From: Bacteriovoracaceae bacterium | Lineage (GTDB): Bacteria > Bdellovibrionota > Bacteriovoracia > Bacteriovoracales > Bacteriovoracaceae | Length of the DNA: 64,000 nt | Reading direction: 5' to 3' | Assembly (NCBI GenBank): GCA_018649885.1 | Contig: JABIHA010000074.1 | Span: 1 to 64,000 of the forward strand | Shown: piece after piece, positions 39,497-49,813 of the stretch | Position numbering within the stretch: position 1 is the first letter of the stretch | How the letters are laid out: each line of letters opens with the position of its first letter | The notes under the pieces: model-generated | Told to the model about the DNA's origin: nothing | The model's database searches: none | The model's input: the letters and a program-made list of their open reading frames with translations, nothing else | Program-made: the position numbers and the translations under genes

Positions 39497-40090
39497 TTGT
39501 TCAAGGTAATTGCCATTACTTTGCTAACTTTCTACTGCTTTAGTAAGCAGGCTTCAGCGCTTGAAGCGAGGGCCTATGCTCTAATCAATCTGTCCGACCC
39601 TTCATATAAAGATGCTAATGATGAGGATATTTCAACTAGCATGAGAGGTGCACTTGGTATTGGCGCACTTGGAGCCATTGACTTGATCCCCATGTTCTTT
39701 CAAATGGAGTCAGGGCTTATTTACAATAAGAAAAAATTCGCCATAGACCCTGATGGCACTACAGAATCATGGAGCATGCTAGAAATCCCTATAGGAGTAA
39801 GATTTAAGTTAAATCCTTTTAGTGTAATGGCCGGTTTCTATTACCAGATGTATATGGGAACAGTTAAGGTTGCTGACGCTGAAAATAACTTTAACGAGTA
39901 TGAGTTTGAAAAGAAAAAATATGGCACCTCCGATTTAGGCTTCTACATGGGAGCTGGCTACAATTTTTATGGTTTTTTGTTCACCGATATAAGACTAGGC
40001 TACGGATTCAAAAATAACCACATTGGTGGAAGTAGTTTAAAATTTGTTCAATACCAAATATGGATTGGGGTCAAGTTTAGCCTTTTTTAA
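39497..40090 (+). CDS. Outer-membrane beta-barrel (porin-family) protein
   Basis: TTG 39497 after AGGGAG; signal peptide; LEIP and DIR..YG; terminal Phe. Confidence 0.75.
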   Translation: MFKVIAITLLTFYCFSKQASALEARAYALINLSDPSYKDANDEDISTSMRGALGIGALGAIDLIPMFFQMESGLIYNKKKFAIDPDGTTESWSMLEIPIGVRFKLNPFSVMAGFYYQMYMGTVKVADAENNFNEYEFEKKKYGTSDLGFYMGAGYNFYGFLFTDIRLGYGFKNNHIGGSSLKFVQYQIWIGVKFSLF

Positions 40091-40923
40091 TCCCTATTCA
40101 TCTGCCTTTTAACTTTTTCCAAAATACTTAGGACCTCATCGCATTCTTCTTCTGTGAATCCACTAAGGCCACAGCTTGGAGTTAAAACGATCGGTATTTC
40201 ATGAGGTGTCATTAACATTCGATTCAAAAAGCTAATTACTAATTTTTCATCGTATGAGTTTTTCTTATCTGTTGGATAAACTCCAATGAACACAAAATGG
40301 GATTGTTTTCGAAATTCTTTTAAAAAACTATCCAATTGTTCTAGTTCCTCACGAAATTGATAAAGATCAAAAGAAAAAAATGAGGGTGCAATTTTTTTAA
40401 TGGTGGATAGCGCAGGCCTCCCACAACAATGGAGCCCCCAATTAATATTGGGAAACTTTTTTCTAAGGCCATCAAAAAATTCAAGTAGATCATCCTCATT
40501 AACAAATTCAATTGAAGGGCAGTCAAAACAAAGTAAACAATTTGGAATCATTGCCCATAACTCGCCTGCGGTTTGCAATAAATTTGATCTGGAGTTTTGA
40601 TAGGCATGAGGATCATCATTGTATTGCATCAATAATAAATCAGGACCGGGCAAATGAATGCAAAGCCTATCCTCTGATTTTTTGTCAATGGTCATCAAGT
40701 TGATTCTATCTTGGTATAGCTCTAACCTCTTTTGGTGATCACTTATTCGCAAATTTTCCAATTGCCCAATAAGAGAATGCTTTGGATTTAGCTGGGGTAA
40801 TTCAAATAATACTGGAATATCTAACTTTCTAGAAAAGCTTAGCGCACAGTCATAGTTTTTATGGGGAAGTGAGCCAATTGCAGAGGTAATGAATTTTTGA
40901 TTAACAAGCTCTCCATTTACCAC
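40087..40923 (-). CDS. MetE/UROD-superfamily single-barrel protein (methionine-synthase-like)
   Basis: IGSLPH, GLHCCG and LTPSCGL. Confidence 0.7.
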   Translation of the reverse strand: MVNGELVNQKFITSAIGSLPHKNYDCALSFSRKLDIPVLFELPQLNPKHSLIGQLENLRISDHQKRLELYQDRINLMTIDKKSEDRLCIHLPGPDLLLMQYNDDPHAYQNSRSNLLQTAGELWAMIPNCLLCFDCPSIEFVNEDDLLEFFDGLRKKFPNINWGLHCCGRPALSTIKKIAPSFFSFDLYQFREELEQLDSFLKEFRKQSHFVFIGVYPTDKKNSYDEKLVISFLNRMLMTPHEIPIVLTPSCGLSGFTEEECDEVLSILEKVKRQMNRD

Positions 40924-41126
40924 AGTTTTTCTCCACTACTTCCAAATGCCCAAAATGAGAGGGAAGTTAAGTATTTTTAGTTGACCATTGTCTTTTTTTG
41001 ATTGTTTCAAATTACCTTCGCTTTTAGACTCAGAATATACCTTGTTGAGAGACATAGGGAGTATTCCCCTTAGATACTGAACATGATGTTCCAAAGGTCT
41101 AAGTAAGGGTCTCCCCTTTTTTTTCC

Positions 41127-42272
41127 CTAAAATTTCGCCCATACATTTTTAAAAATATCTATAATTTCTTCTACTTCACTATTTTTTATTCTGTAGTCCC
41201 AAGACAACCTAATCACTCTTTTGGCCTCGTCAGTACTCGCTCCGAGGGCCCTCGCCACATGGTTTGGAAGAGAGCTTCCAGAGCTGCAGGCAGAGCCAGC
41301 GCTAAGCTGAATTCCCGCCATATCAAAAGCTGCAATTTGTATATCTGAATTTATCCGTGGATGAGAAAGAAGAAGTGTATTGCCTCCTTGCCCGGTACAT
41401 CCATAACACTTAATTAAAGGTTCCAAAGCTTGCAGTGAGCTTTGTATTTTATGGTAAACATTGTCTAAATGAACAAAATCAATTTTTTTCTCGAGCTCTT
41501 CAAGTGCCAAATAAATAGAGTAGATCCCCTCAGTATTGGGAGTGCCTCCCCTAAGGCCTTGGTCGCCTCCTCCTTCAATTAACCCGGGGAATTCAATGGA
41601 TCTGGTGTATGTCCAGCCAACCCCTTTAAAAGCACCAAATTTGTGTCCTGAGTAGGTTGCAAAATCGATGCACTGCTCATGTTTAAATGGGAATTCTATT
41701 TTCCCAATAGACTGGGCCGCATCTACATGAATAACAAGGCCTTGGTGCTTTGCCTTTAGATCATTCAAAAGACTTTGATCCCAAATCACACCGGTCTCAT
41801 TATTGGCCCATAAATAATTTAATAAAATTGGTCTATTTTTATTGCTATCCAAAAGCTTTTCAAGCCCCTCCAGGTCAGGACTACCATCTTCATTAACTCC
41901 AAAAAATTGGCTTTTAAATGATTTTTTCTCGCCCCAATTTGATAAGGCAAAGCAAAGCTTATGATCAATTTCTGAGAATAAAAATAGCCCATTCGGGTGA
42001 GCTTCCCAGAAGCCTTTAACAATAGTGTTAATACCTTCAGTCGCTCCTGAATGAAAAAAGAGATTGGACTCACCTTGAAGGTGAGATATTTTTTTTAAAA
42101 GTAAATTCTTGGTGGTATTAATTATTTTTTGAGATTTCTGGCCCGAAGAATGCCTAGAGTTTGCATTGCCAAAAAAAAAGTCCCCTTTGGAGATCCAGTC
42201 ATTGACTGAATCTGCCACAGGAGACGTTGCATTGTGATCTAAATAATGATGTTTACTGGTTAATCTCACCAA
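41127..42272 (-). CDS. iscS: Cysteine desulfurase (IscS/NifS family)
   Basis: YLDHNATS, ANNETG, HVDAAQ, SGHK and SAGSACSS. Confidence 0.9.
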   Translation of the reverse strand: MVRLTSKHHYLDHNATSPVADSVNDWISKGDFFFGNANSRHSSGQKSQKIINTTKNLLLKKISHLQGESNLFFHSGATEGINTIVKGFWEAHPNGLFLFSEIDHKLCFALSNWGEKKSFKSQFFGVNEDGSPDLEGLEKLLDSNKNRPILLNYLWANNETGVIWDQSLLNDLKAKHQGLVIHVDAAQSIGKIEFPFKHEQCIDFATYSGHKFGAFKGVGWTYTRSIEFPGLIEGGGDQGLRGGTPNTEGIYSIYLALEELEKKIDFVHLDNVYHKIQSSLQALEPLIKCYGCTGQGGNTLLLSHPRINSDIQIAAFDMAGIQLSAGSACSSGSSLPNHVARALGASTDEAKRVIRLSWDYRIKNSEVEEIIDIFKNVWAKF

Positions 42273-42810
42273 TTGTCGGTCTTATGGCCGAAGTATATGA
42301 GTTGCTTTGTGCATTATTAGTGTCTCCACCAAACTCATTAGTAACTTCAGTTCCTCTCGCCTTTCTTGTAAGATCACCCAGCGAAGTTGTTGCAAGATAT
42401 TCTTGCATGATGACGCCTAAGTTTTCAAAATAACTCTTAGTTTGATCAAACTCAGGTGTTTGTGCCATTCCCTCACCGTGTGGTACTGGAGTGCCTTCTG
42501 CCACCATCGTAGCTACTGCTACATTGGCCTTAATGTCTTTGGCCGGATTAATGTTTTCACCAACGCAATCGAGAACATCTTTAATAGATATTTCATCCAT
42601 TGCTCTGCCTAGTACATATCCACCGCCAGGTCCTCTAACAGACTTGACTGCTCTACCGTTTCTGAGCTTTCTGAAAAGTTGCTCAAGATAGTGTAGTGAA
42701 ATGTTTTGACGAGTTGAAATTTCTTGAAGCCGAACTGGGTTCCCTTTTGAATGGGCTGTTAAGTCCAACATTGCTCTAACTGCGTAACGTCCTTTAGAAG
42801 TAAGTCTCAT
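42253..42810 (-). CDS. Rrf2 family transcriptional regulator (IscR/CymR-like)
   Basis: MRLTSKGRYAVRAM, YLEQLF and SVRGPGGGY. Confidence 0.93.
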   Translation of the reverse strand: MRLTSKGRYAVRAMLDLTAHSKGNPVRLQEISTRQNISLHYLEQLFRKLRNGRAVKSVRGPGGGYVLGRAMDEISIKDVLDCVGENINPAKDIKANVAVATMVAEGTPVPHGEGMAQTPEFDQTKSYFENLGVIMQEYLATTSLGDLTRKARGTEVTNEFGGDTNNAQSNSYTSAIRPTIGEINQ

Positions 42811-42880
42811 TGGTCATCCTCCATAATAAATTAATTTAAACTATTCCCTGTAACCCAACAAATCGTGTGAATGTTGACGC

Positions 42881-42909
42881 CATTCTGGTGAGTGCCATCC
42901 ACGCACTCA
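42881..42909 (-). promoter_or_regulatory. Possible sigma70 promoter of the Rrf2-desulfurase pair
   Basis: Minus strand TTGAGT-N17-CAGAAT, ~70 bp upstream of the ATG. Confidence 0.4.
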
Positions 42910-43187
42910 AAAAAGGTATTAGTCAAAAATCATTCTCTCGATTCCGAACTAAGCTTCCGTTAAATAGTATGATGCCATTACTCAACTTTCGTCAACCTCC
43001 AATTACAAAATTGAGGAAAAATTTTTGGTACGGTTCTAAGACCGCTGTAACCCCTGTATTTTCTTCAGGAATGCCCAAAATTCAGTGTCACTTTTGCACC
43101 GAAATTTCGCTGACTAAAAGGGAATATTTTTCCTTTTTGGTTGGTTTTTTACCCGTGGGAAGTTCTTTCATATTCAAACATTTTGAA

Positions 43188-43643
43188 TTAGAAGCCACCA
43201 ATAGAGCTGAGATTGAAATTTCTGGATGGATTGGCGGTTGAATCAGTTGGTTTATTTGTAGAAATATTGAGCTCATAAAAGACAAAATCATCGCCAAGGA
43301 GCTTGTAGAGCATGCTTGCGTGCTCAATTCCCCACTCAAAAAAGATCCATTTTTTGTTTTCAACATAAAGACCGAGTTCAAGATGAAGTACTTCTTCGGG
43401 CCCGTTTAATCTAAACAAGTCTCCGTGAAGAAAATCTGAGTACTCACTGATAATGGCATAGGTTGGAGACGTTATATCAAGCTCTGGGCAAAAGGCCTTG
43501 GTAAAAGTTGTTTTCCCAACCCCAACGTCACCAGTCAAGATAGTCACTGATGGAATCTCTAAATGCTCTCTAATTTCATCCGCAACATAAGGCAAGTCGT
43601 TCTCAAAAGCCTTTTTGAGAGTTGCAATTTCCACTCTATCCAA
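43188..43643 (-). CDS. tsaE: tRNA threonylcarbamoyladenosine biosynthesis ATPase
   Basis: GDVGVGKTT, TSPTY, H.DLFRL and EW. Confidence 0.92.
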   Translation of the reverse strand: MDRVEIATLKKAFENDLPYVADEIREHLEIPSVTILTGDVGVGKTTFTKAFCPELDITSPTYAIISEYSDFLHGDLFRLNGPEEVLHLELGLYVENKKWIFFEWGIEHASMLYKLLGDDFVFYELNISTNKPTDSTANPSRNFNLSSIGGF

Positions 43644-45237
43644 TTTTGACCTCGTCTAGTTTTTTGAAAGCATCAGAAAAATTTTCAATGACGTCACCTG
43701 CTGTCATCACTCTTCGCCCAAGCTTTTTCCCAGCAATATCGCCCGCCATAGAGTGTAGCACTAATCCTAAGCAGATGCCCTGATAATAAACTTCTTTTTC
43801 ATCCCGAGCGCTGGGAGAAATAATTTGTCTATCAATCTCAGTCGCCTTTTGGGCCAGCATACCACCTAAAACACCGGCCAAAACATCACCCGAGCCACCT
43901 GTTGCTAGCCCTTCATTGGGAAGATAATTGACATAAATATCTCCGGTGGGAAGTGCCACAAAAGAGCTAGGTCCCTTGAGCAAAATTGTCACACCCGTCT
44001 TGTCGACTACATCTTTTAAATGAGTAATGGGGTCTTCCAGAATTTTTTTAACATCTACACCAATAAATCTCGCGAACTCTCCCAAGTGTGGGGTAAGAAC
44101 CGTTAGGTCGGCCCTCTTTTGAAGTAGCTCTCTATCTTTTTCTAAGGAAAGTACATTTATGGCATCAGCATCTAATACCACTGGACCATCAAAGCATTTC
44201 ATCACCTCGACAACTGCCCTTCTTGAATACTCAGACCAACCAAGCCCAGGGCCTATGACCACACTACTAAAGTTTTCCAATTGTAAGAGCAATGCTTCTG
44301 CTTTTTCATCGTCTATAGGAATTTTACCCATCATAATCTCAGGAATAACTCTGCTGCACATCTCCTGATATGACCGCTCCCAAGTAATGGCCGTAACGAG
44401 TCCAACTCCAACTTTTAGAGCTGCTTTTGAGGCCAGTGCAAGCGCTCCTGTTAGTCCTGGACTTCCACCCACAACCAGGCAATGTCCAAAAGTGTTTTTG
44501 TGGGCAAAGCGCGAGCGTTTCTTTTTTAAAATCCCAGCTTTTTTGTAGTCTATAAGCTTTTTATTGCCGGCCATCAACAGCTCTGGTGGAAAGCCCGCAT
44601 CAAGTATATGCAGCTTTCCAATCCTCTGTGGACCTTGATCAATAAGGTGACCTATTTTGGCAGCAGCAATAGCAAGAGTAGTTGTGGCCTTTATAGCGCC
44701 ACCTTCATAAAAGCCAGTGTCTCCCATAATTCCTGAAGGGATATCGATAGAAACCATCTCATCAGCATACTCATTGGCAAGTTTGATAACATCGAGAACA
44801 AAGGCAGACAGAGGAAGCCTTACGCCGGTGCCAAAGATAGCATCTATGACAAAATACTCATCTTGATTGTTGTGGAAATAGGATAAGAGTTCATCTGGAT
44901 CTTTTATATCATTGACTTTAATGCCATAGTTTCTGGCCAACTGAAGCTGAAACTTTAACTCATCAGAGCAATCGGCCTCAGAAAAAAGCATAAAGGCCCT
45001 GACACTAATACCATGTTTTATAAGATGTCTGCCAATGGCCAAACCATCAGCTCCATTATTGCCCCTTCCGACAAGTAGTACAATTTCACCAAAATCTCTA
45101 TCTTTTAAAAAGTTACTAAATAAATAATCTGCTCCATCGCTTCCTACATTTTCAATAATAAGGGATTCAGTCATGCCAAACTTACTAAAGGTAAGCTCTT
45201 CAATTTCTTTCATTTCTGCTGTATTAACAATTCTCAT
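43636..45237 (-). CDS. nnr: Bifunctional NAD(P)HX epimerase/dehydratase
   Basis: GRGNNGADG, DAIFGTG, DADA, TPHLGEF and GGSGDVLAG. Confidence 0.95.
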   Translation of the reverse strand: MRIVNTAEMKEIEELTFSKFGMTESLIIENVGSDGADYLFSNFLKDRDFGEIVLLVGRGNNGADGLAIGRHLIKHGISVRAFMLFSEADCSDELKFQLQLARNYGIKVNDIKDPDELLSYFHNNQDEYFVIDAIFGTGVRLPLSAFVLDVIKLANEYADEMVSIDIPSGIMGDTGFYEGGAIKATTTLAIAAAKIGHLIDQGPQRIGKLHILDAGFPPELLMAGNKKLIDYKKAGILKKKRSRFAHKNTFGHCLVVGGSPGLTGALALASKAALKVGVGLVTAITWERSYQEMCSRVIPEIMMGKIPIDDEKAEALLLQLENFSSVVIGPGLGWSEYSRRAVVEVMKCFDGPVVLDADAINVLSLEKDRELLQKRADLTVLTPHLGEFARFIGVDVKKILEDPITHLKDVVDKTGVTILLKGPSSFVALPTGDIYVNYLPNEGLATGGSGDVLAGVLGGMLAQKATEIDRQIISPSARDEKEVYYQGICLGLVLHSMAGDIAGKKLGRRVMTAGDVIENFSDAFKKLDEVKIG

Positions 45238-45970
45238 CAAAAACCCCTCTCAAATCTTTCACAACCCTAGCAAGCCCCAGGAATACCGCTTCCGAAACAA
45301 CCCAGTGACCAATATTATATTCTTCAAAACCACCTGATTTTAAAAGTGGTAATACGCTCTTATTAGTAAGCCCGTGACCAGCGTGACAAGCGATATTTTT
45401 TGAATCTAAAAAAGCCTTGGCCTTTTGGAATGAACTCAAATGGCCCGAAATATCTTCACCATTTAAAAAATCCGTTGCATATTCACCCGTATGGATTTCA
45501 ACAGCATCAACGCGAAGATCGAGGGCCCTCATTAAAATTTCTTCGCGGGCCTCAAGAAAAAGAGAAATTTTAACTCCCTTAATTTTTTCTTTAAGCTGAT
45601 TACACACACCTTGAAGTTTGGAAAAAATATCATCACTTAGTAAATTGAGGCCACCTTCGGTTGTTAACTCTTCACGTTTTTCAGGAACGAGGCAGATCCA
45701 GCTAGGGGCCACTTCAATTGCAATATTCAAAATGTCCTCAGCTGCTCCCATTTCTAAATTAAGTGGTTTACCAAATTTTCTTGTCACGAGTGCAATGGCA
45801 ATAACATCTGTGTCTTGAATATGCCTTCTGTCTTCTCTTAAATGAATTGTGATCTGATCTGCGCCATTTTCCAAGGCCATTTCAGCAGCACCCACAAGAC
45901 TTGGGTATGATTCCCCTCTGGCCTGTCTAAGCGTTGCTACATGATCAATATTTATACCTAGTCGCGGCAC
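45224..45970 (-). CDS. pdxJ: Pyridoxine 5'-phosphate synthase
   Basis: NIDHVATLRQAR, HLREDRRHI and HAGHGL; GTG 45970 after GAGGAG. Confidence 0.97.
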   Translation of the reverse strand: MPRLGINIDHVATLRQARGESYPSLVGAAEMALENGADQITIHLREDRRHIQDTDVIAIALVTRKFGKPLNLEMGAAEDILNIAIEVAPSWICLVPEKREELTTEGGLNLLSDDIFSKLQGVCNQLKEKIKGVKISLFLEAREEILMRALDLRVDAVEIHTGEYATDFLNGEDISGHLSSFQKAKAFLDSKNIACHAGHGLTNKSVLPLLKSGGFEEYNIGHWVVSEAVFLGLARVVKDLRGVFDENC

Positions 45971-45992
45971 AATCAACTCCTCTTCAAATCGT

Positions 45993-47354
45993 TTAGTTTA
46001 GCGCTTTCTTCACTACTTCTGCCAATTCTTTACAAAGGGCCAGGATCTCCTTTTCAGACTCTCCTTCAATCATGACTCTGGCAAGAGCTTCTGTACCTGA
46101 ATAGCGAAGAATCACTCTACCTGAATCCCCTAGCTCTTTTTCCGTCTTTTTGAGTGCTTTAGATATGGCCTCAACCTGGTCAAATTCAGGTTTAGTGGCC
46201 ACTCGCACATTTTCCATCACTTGTGGAAAAAGAGTAATCTCACCAATTAAATCACAAAGAGGTCTTTGATAAAATTTAACTGCTTCGAGTATTTTGAGTG
46301 CTGCGAGAATTCCATCTCCAGTAGTAGAAAATTGCCTAAATATAATATGCCCTGAGGGTTCTCCTCCTAAAATAGCACCAGACTTTTTCATTCTCTCTAA
46401 AATATAGCGGTCTCCCACATCAGCTCGATGAAACTTAAGACCAATACCTTCAATAAATTTCTCAAGCCCTAGATTTGACATTGTTGTACCAACAACCTCA
46501 TCACCCGGCCCTAGCTCGCCTTTATCTAACAAAAATTTTGCACATACACCGATCAGTCTATCACCGTGAACAACTTGCGAGCGCTCATTAATCATTGTTA
46601 GGCGGTCGCCGTCTCCATCTAAGCAAATCCCAAGGTCTGCTCTGTAAGTGGAAACCATGTCAGCACAATTTTTTGGAAAAAGTGAGCCACACATAAGATT
46701 AATATTTTTCCCGTTGGGGTTATCACCCATAGAAACGACCTCCGCTCCCAATTCTTCAAAAACCATGGGAGCCACTCTATAGGCAGCTCCATTGGCCCCA
46801 TCAACAATCAGTCTGAGTCCGGCAAGAGAGCAATCACTCCCAAGAGCAGATTTAACATGAACAATATAACGGCCGTGAATCTCATCAATTCTTTTAGTTC
46901 TTCCAAGTTCACCATCAGATTTAAGAGGAAGAGACACTTCTCCCAAAGTCATCTTTTCTAATTCTAACTCCACGGCGTCTGGAAGCTTGTTTCCCTCATT
47001 ATCAAAAATTTTAATTCCATTGTCGTGAAACGGGTTATGAGAAGCTGAAATCATTACCCCTGCATCGGCCCTCATACTCTGGACAACAAAGGCCACTCCT
47101 GGTGTTGGAAGAGGTCCAGTAAGAATGGCCCTGCCCCCTTGAGAGCATACCCCTGAGGCAAAAGCTTGCTCAATCATATAGCAGCTAAGCCTGGTGTCTT
47201 TCCCGATAATAATGAGAGGCGTTCTTCCCCGTTGTAATTTTTGAAAATAGTGCGTGACGGCCCGGCCTAAGGCCATGGCGATTTCACCAGTGATCGGATA
47301 GAGATTTGCCTTGCCGCGAACCCCATCAGTTCCAAAAAGCTTTCTTTTTGTCAT
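45993..47354 (-). CDS. glmM: Phosphoglucosamine mutase
   Basis: FGTDGVRG, SASHNP, DGDGDR and RYSGTE. Confidence 0.97.
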   Translation of the reverse strand: MTKRKLFGTDGVRGKANLYPITGEIAMALGRAVTHYFQKLQRGRTPLIIIGKDTRLSCYMIEQAFASGVCSQGGRAILTGPLPTPGVAFVVQSMRADAGVMISASHNPFHDNGIKIFDNEGNKLPDAVELELEKMTLGEVSLPLKSDGELGRTKRIDEIHGRYIVHVKSALGSDCSLAGLRLIVDGANGAAYRVAPMVFEELGAEVVSMGDNPNGKNINLMCGSLFPKNCADMVSTYRADLGICLDGDGDRLTMINERSQVVHGDRLIGVCAKFLLDKGELGPGDEVVGTTMSNLGLEKFIEGIGLKFHRADVGDRYILERMKKSGAILGGEPSGHIIFRQFSTTGDGILAALKILEAVKFYQRPLCDLIGEITLFPQVMENVRVATKPEFDQVEAISKALKKTEKELGDSGRVILRYSGTEALARVMIEGESEKEILALCKELAEVVKKALN

Positions 47355-47426
47355 AATGTCTCCGTTTCTTTGAGAAGCCATATTATCAATTAATCAATGT
47401 CTTTGGAAGAAATCTTAACTGATCTG

Positions 47427-48323
47427 CTATTTGATTTTTACAGAAATCTTTTCAGGGTGAACTTTTAAGAGATGAATGTCGTCAGGCAGTAATGCCTTGA
47501 GAGCGATTTTGACTTTCCCAGAGCTGCTCTCTGGGATATCGGCAACAATTTGGACCTCACTTTTACTAATTTTTCTACCAGGCTCTTCGGCCAGTACTTC
47601 TAAAGTTGCATAACGATGTGAAGCAGAGACAATTTTTTTGGAACTTAGAAATCTTATTTTCAGCTTTTTGAGCGTTAGATTGGCAGAGGTAGGCCGAACT
47701 TGATAATGAAGTTTGATATCCCGCTCCTTGTCAATATGAACGACTCTGGAATCTTCCATTAGAGGAAACACATTGAGACTGCCTTCACCTTTAAGGGTTG
47801 AAAGATCAACCGGCTTAGTTGGTACGGAGCTAACTTCATCAACAAGAGATTTTGGTCCACCAATAGTTATGGTTTTTTTAGATAATTTTTTTGAAAGGAT
47901 CTTTTGCCCCTCAGATACTTCCCCCACTAAAGACATCTTAAGCGGAACTTTCTTTTCATAATATTTATCAATTTTAATTTCAATAAACTCAGGCCTTAGA
48001 ACCTTTGTACTCACCCCCAAAGGAACTGAAACCATGTCCCCATTAGGTTTTAGCTTATAAGACTTTTGCTTTTTCTTAAATTTATGGCGTATATCCATTA
48101 CAATTTTTTGATCACTTCTGGCCAAGTTTCGCAGGAAAGCACGGGGTCCTGTAAATTTAAAGTTAACTTCAGTTTCTGACAGAGAAAGAACTTTATAACC
48201 TTTGGGAGTAATTACCTCCACTTCTAGGGACTTTTCAATTTCCAGTGGCAATGTACTCAGAACATAAATCCAAAGTAAGAAGGAGAAGAAGAGGGAGAAA
48301 AATTTGAGTATATTTTTATTCAA
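47427..48323 (-). CDS. cdaR: YbbR/CdaR regulator of diadenylate cyclase
   Basis: N-terminal TM and YbbR-like repeats; between cdaA and glmM. Confidence 0.85.
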   Translation of the reverse strand: MNKNILKFFSLFFSFLLWIYVLSTLPLEIEKSLEVEVITPKGYKVLSLSETEVNFKFTGPRAFLRNLARSDQKIVMDIRHKFKKKQKSYKLKPNGDMVSVPLGVSTKVLRPEFIEIKIDKYYEKKVPLKMSLVGEVSEGQKILSKKLSKKTITIGGPKSLVDEVSSVPTKPVDLSTLKGEGSLNVFPLMEDSRVVHIDKERDIKLHYQVRPTSANLTLKKLKIRFLSSKKIVSASHRYATLEVLAEEPGRKISKSEVQIVADIPESSSGKVKIALKALLPDDIHLLKVHPEKISVKIK

Positions 48324-49126
48324 ACTTTGTCCCCTCTAAGGCGTCTATTATGGGTGATACCACTTTCTGCTATAAGAAGCCGGTACAGGCCATCTCTCAT
48401 TTCTTTTGGTCCGACCAGGGGGATTATTTCTGCTCTGTGAAAGAGATGAAATTTTCCAGTCTCTTCACTGACAGTAATGACAACGCAGTCGGTGAGCTCA
48501 CTTATTCCCAAGGCCGCCCGGTGCCTAGTGCCCAAATGACGATGAATTTCAACACTTTTAGACAAAGGTAAGAAGCAACCTGCAGAGTTGAGTCTATTTC
48601 CTGAGATAATAACCGCCCCATCATGAAGAGGACTTTGATGCTGAAAAAGACCATAGAGCAAATCTGCTCCCAAAAGAGAGTCTAGCTTTGTCCCTGTATT
48701 GGCGTAATTGAGAAGTCCATTTTGTTTTTCAAATACAATTAAGGCGCCTAGCTTTTCTTTACTCAAGGCCCAGCTTGCCTCTACCACTTCTTCTATTAAC
48801 CCCTCGGTCGTCTTCCCTCTCCTGCGACTCCAAAGACCCGCTCTTCCCACTGAGACTAATGCCTGCCTTATGGGATCTTGAAAGAGGATCACCATTATGA
48901 TGAAAAAATCTCTAAAAAATTGTCTTAGTATCCAATTGAGAGAATAAAGTTCATATGAGCTACTTACGATGAACAAAATCACTAAGGCCATGAGCCCAAA
49001 TAACATCTGGACACCACGAGTTCCCTGCAGAATTAACAAGAAATTATATAAAACGATCGCCACAATAAAAATATCTAGCGAGTCGGTCCAAGTAAATTGT
49101 CCTATAAATTCGCTCAAGCGATCCAT
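48320..49126 (-). CDS. cdaA: Diadenylate cyclase CdaA/DacA
   Basis: Three TM helices; catalytic PLHDGA and GTRHRAA motifs. Confidence 0.95.
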   Translation of the reverse strand: MDRLSEFIGQFTWTDSLDIFIVAIVLYNFLLILQGTRGVQMLFGLMALVILFIVSSSYELYSLNWILRQFFRDFFIIMVILFQDPIRQALVSVGRAGLWSRRRGKTTEGLIEEVVEASWALSKEKLGALIVFEKQNGLLNYANTGTKLDSLLGADLLYGLFQHQSPLHDGAVIISGNRLNSAGCFLPLSKSVEIHRHLGTRHRAALGISELTDCVVITVSEETGKFHLFHRAEIIPLVGPKEMRDGLYRLLIAESGITHNRRLRGDKV

Positions 49127-49211
49127 AGATTTACCTTTTCTAAACAATCCATATAACATAGTTTCGACTTTCCAATTTTATGATTAAATTATTTAAAAAA
49201 GGATTTATGAT

Positions 49212-49658
49212 ATGGATAATTTGGCCACCTTAGAAATTGAGACCGATGGAATGGGCCTTACTGATATAACAGACCAAATTAGGGTTTTGTTTAACCAGTA
49301 CTTTTCAAAAATCATCAGCGTCTATCCATGCGGTATTCTCCACTTTCATATTCCCCATACCAGCTGTGCCATTACAATGTCCGAGGCATTTGATCCCAGT
49401 GCAAAAAAAGATCTTGAAAGTTTTATGGATCATATAGCACCTCAAAACCTCCCTTTCATTACCCATACAGCAGAAGGTCCAGATGACTCTCCCTCTCATA
49501 TGAAATCGATTATTGTTGGTGAAAATAGATTTGTTTTTATTGATGCTGGACAACTCTTACTTGGAACTTGGCAGGGGATCTATTTATGTGAGTTCAGGTC
49601 ATCACCAAAAAAACGTAAGATCCATATGAAGTACGCTCCCGATGCTTTCAATATATAG
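49212..49658 (+). CDS. yjbQ: YjbQ/UPF0047 protein
   Basis: PHTS, H..EG.DD...H.K and LGTWQGIYLCEF. Confidence 0.92.
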   Translation: MDNLATLEIETDGMGLTDITDQIRVLFNQYFSKIISVYPCGILHFHIPHTSCAITMSEAFDPSAKKDLESFMDHIAPQNLPFITHTAEGPDDSPSHMKSIIVGENRFVFIDAGQLLLGTWQGIYLCEFRSSPKKRKIHMKYAPDAFNI

Positions 49659-49787
49659 TTAGTTTTCTGTACATGGTGCTCATATTCTTCATAGCTGGGT
49701 TTACTCAGATCTGTTCACTCCTGGGGAATTTCACCCAATTTGCAAAACTTAAAGGCCTTGAATTTTAAAGAGTTTTTAAAGGGTTTT

Positions 49788-49803
49788 TGGCACCATCTTT
49801 GCT
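49788..49803 (+). promoter_or_regulatory. Sigma54 (-24/-12) promoter
   Basis: TGGCAC-CATCT-TTGCT matches the TGGCAC-N5-TTGCW consensus exactly. Confidence 0.8.
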
Positions 49804-49813
49804 CTTATAAGAG

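Noticed and set aside
42252..42272. Desulfurase N-terminus (V/M)RLTSK identical to the Rrf2 N-terminus MRLTSK
   Set aside because: Codons differ and the start site is uncertain; most likely coincidence
42867..43381. ORFs 42867-43241 (+) and 43088-43381 (-)
   Set aside because: Overlap the Rrf2 promoter region and tsaE; no recognisable features
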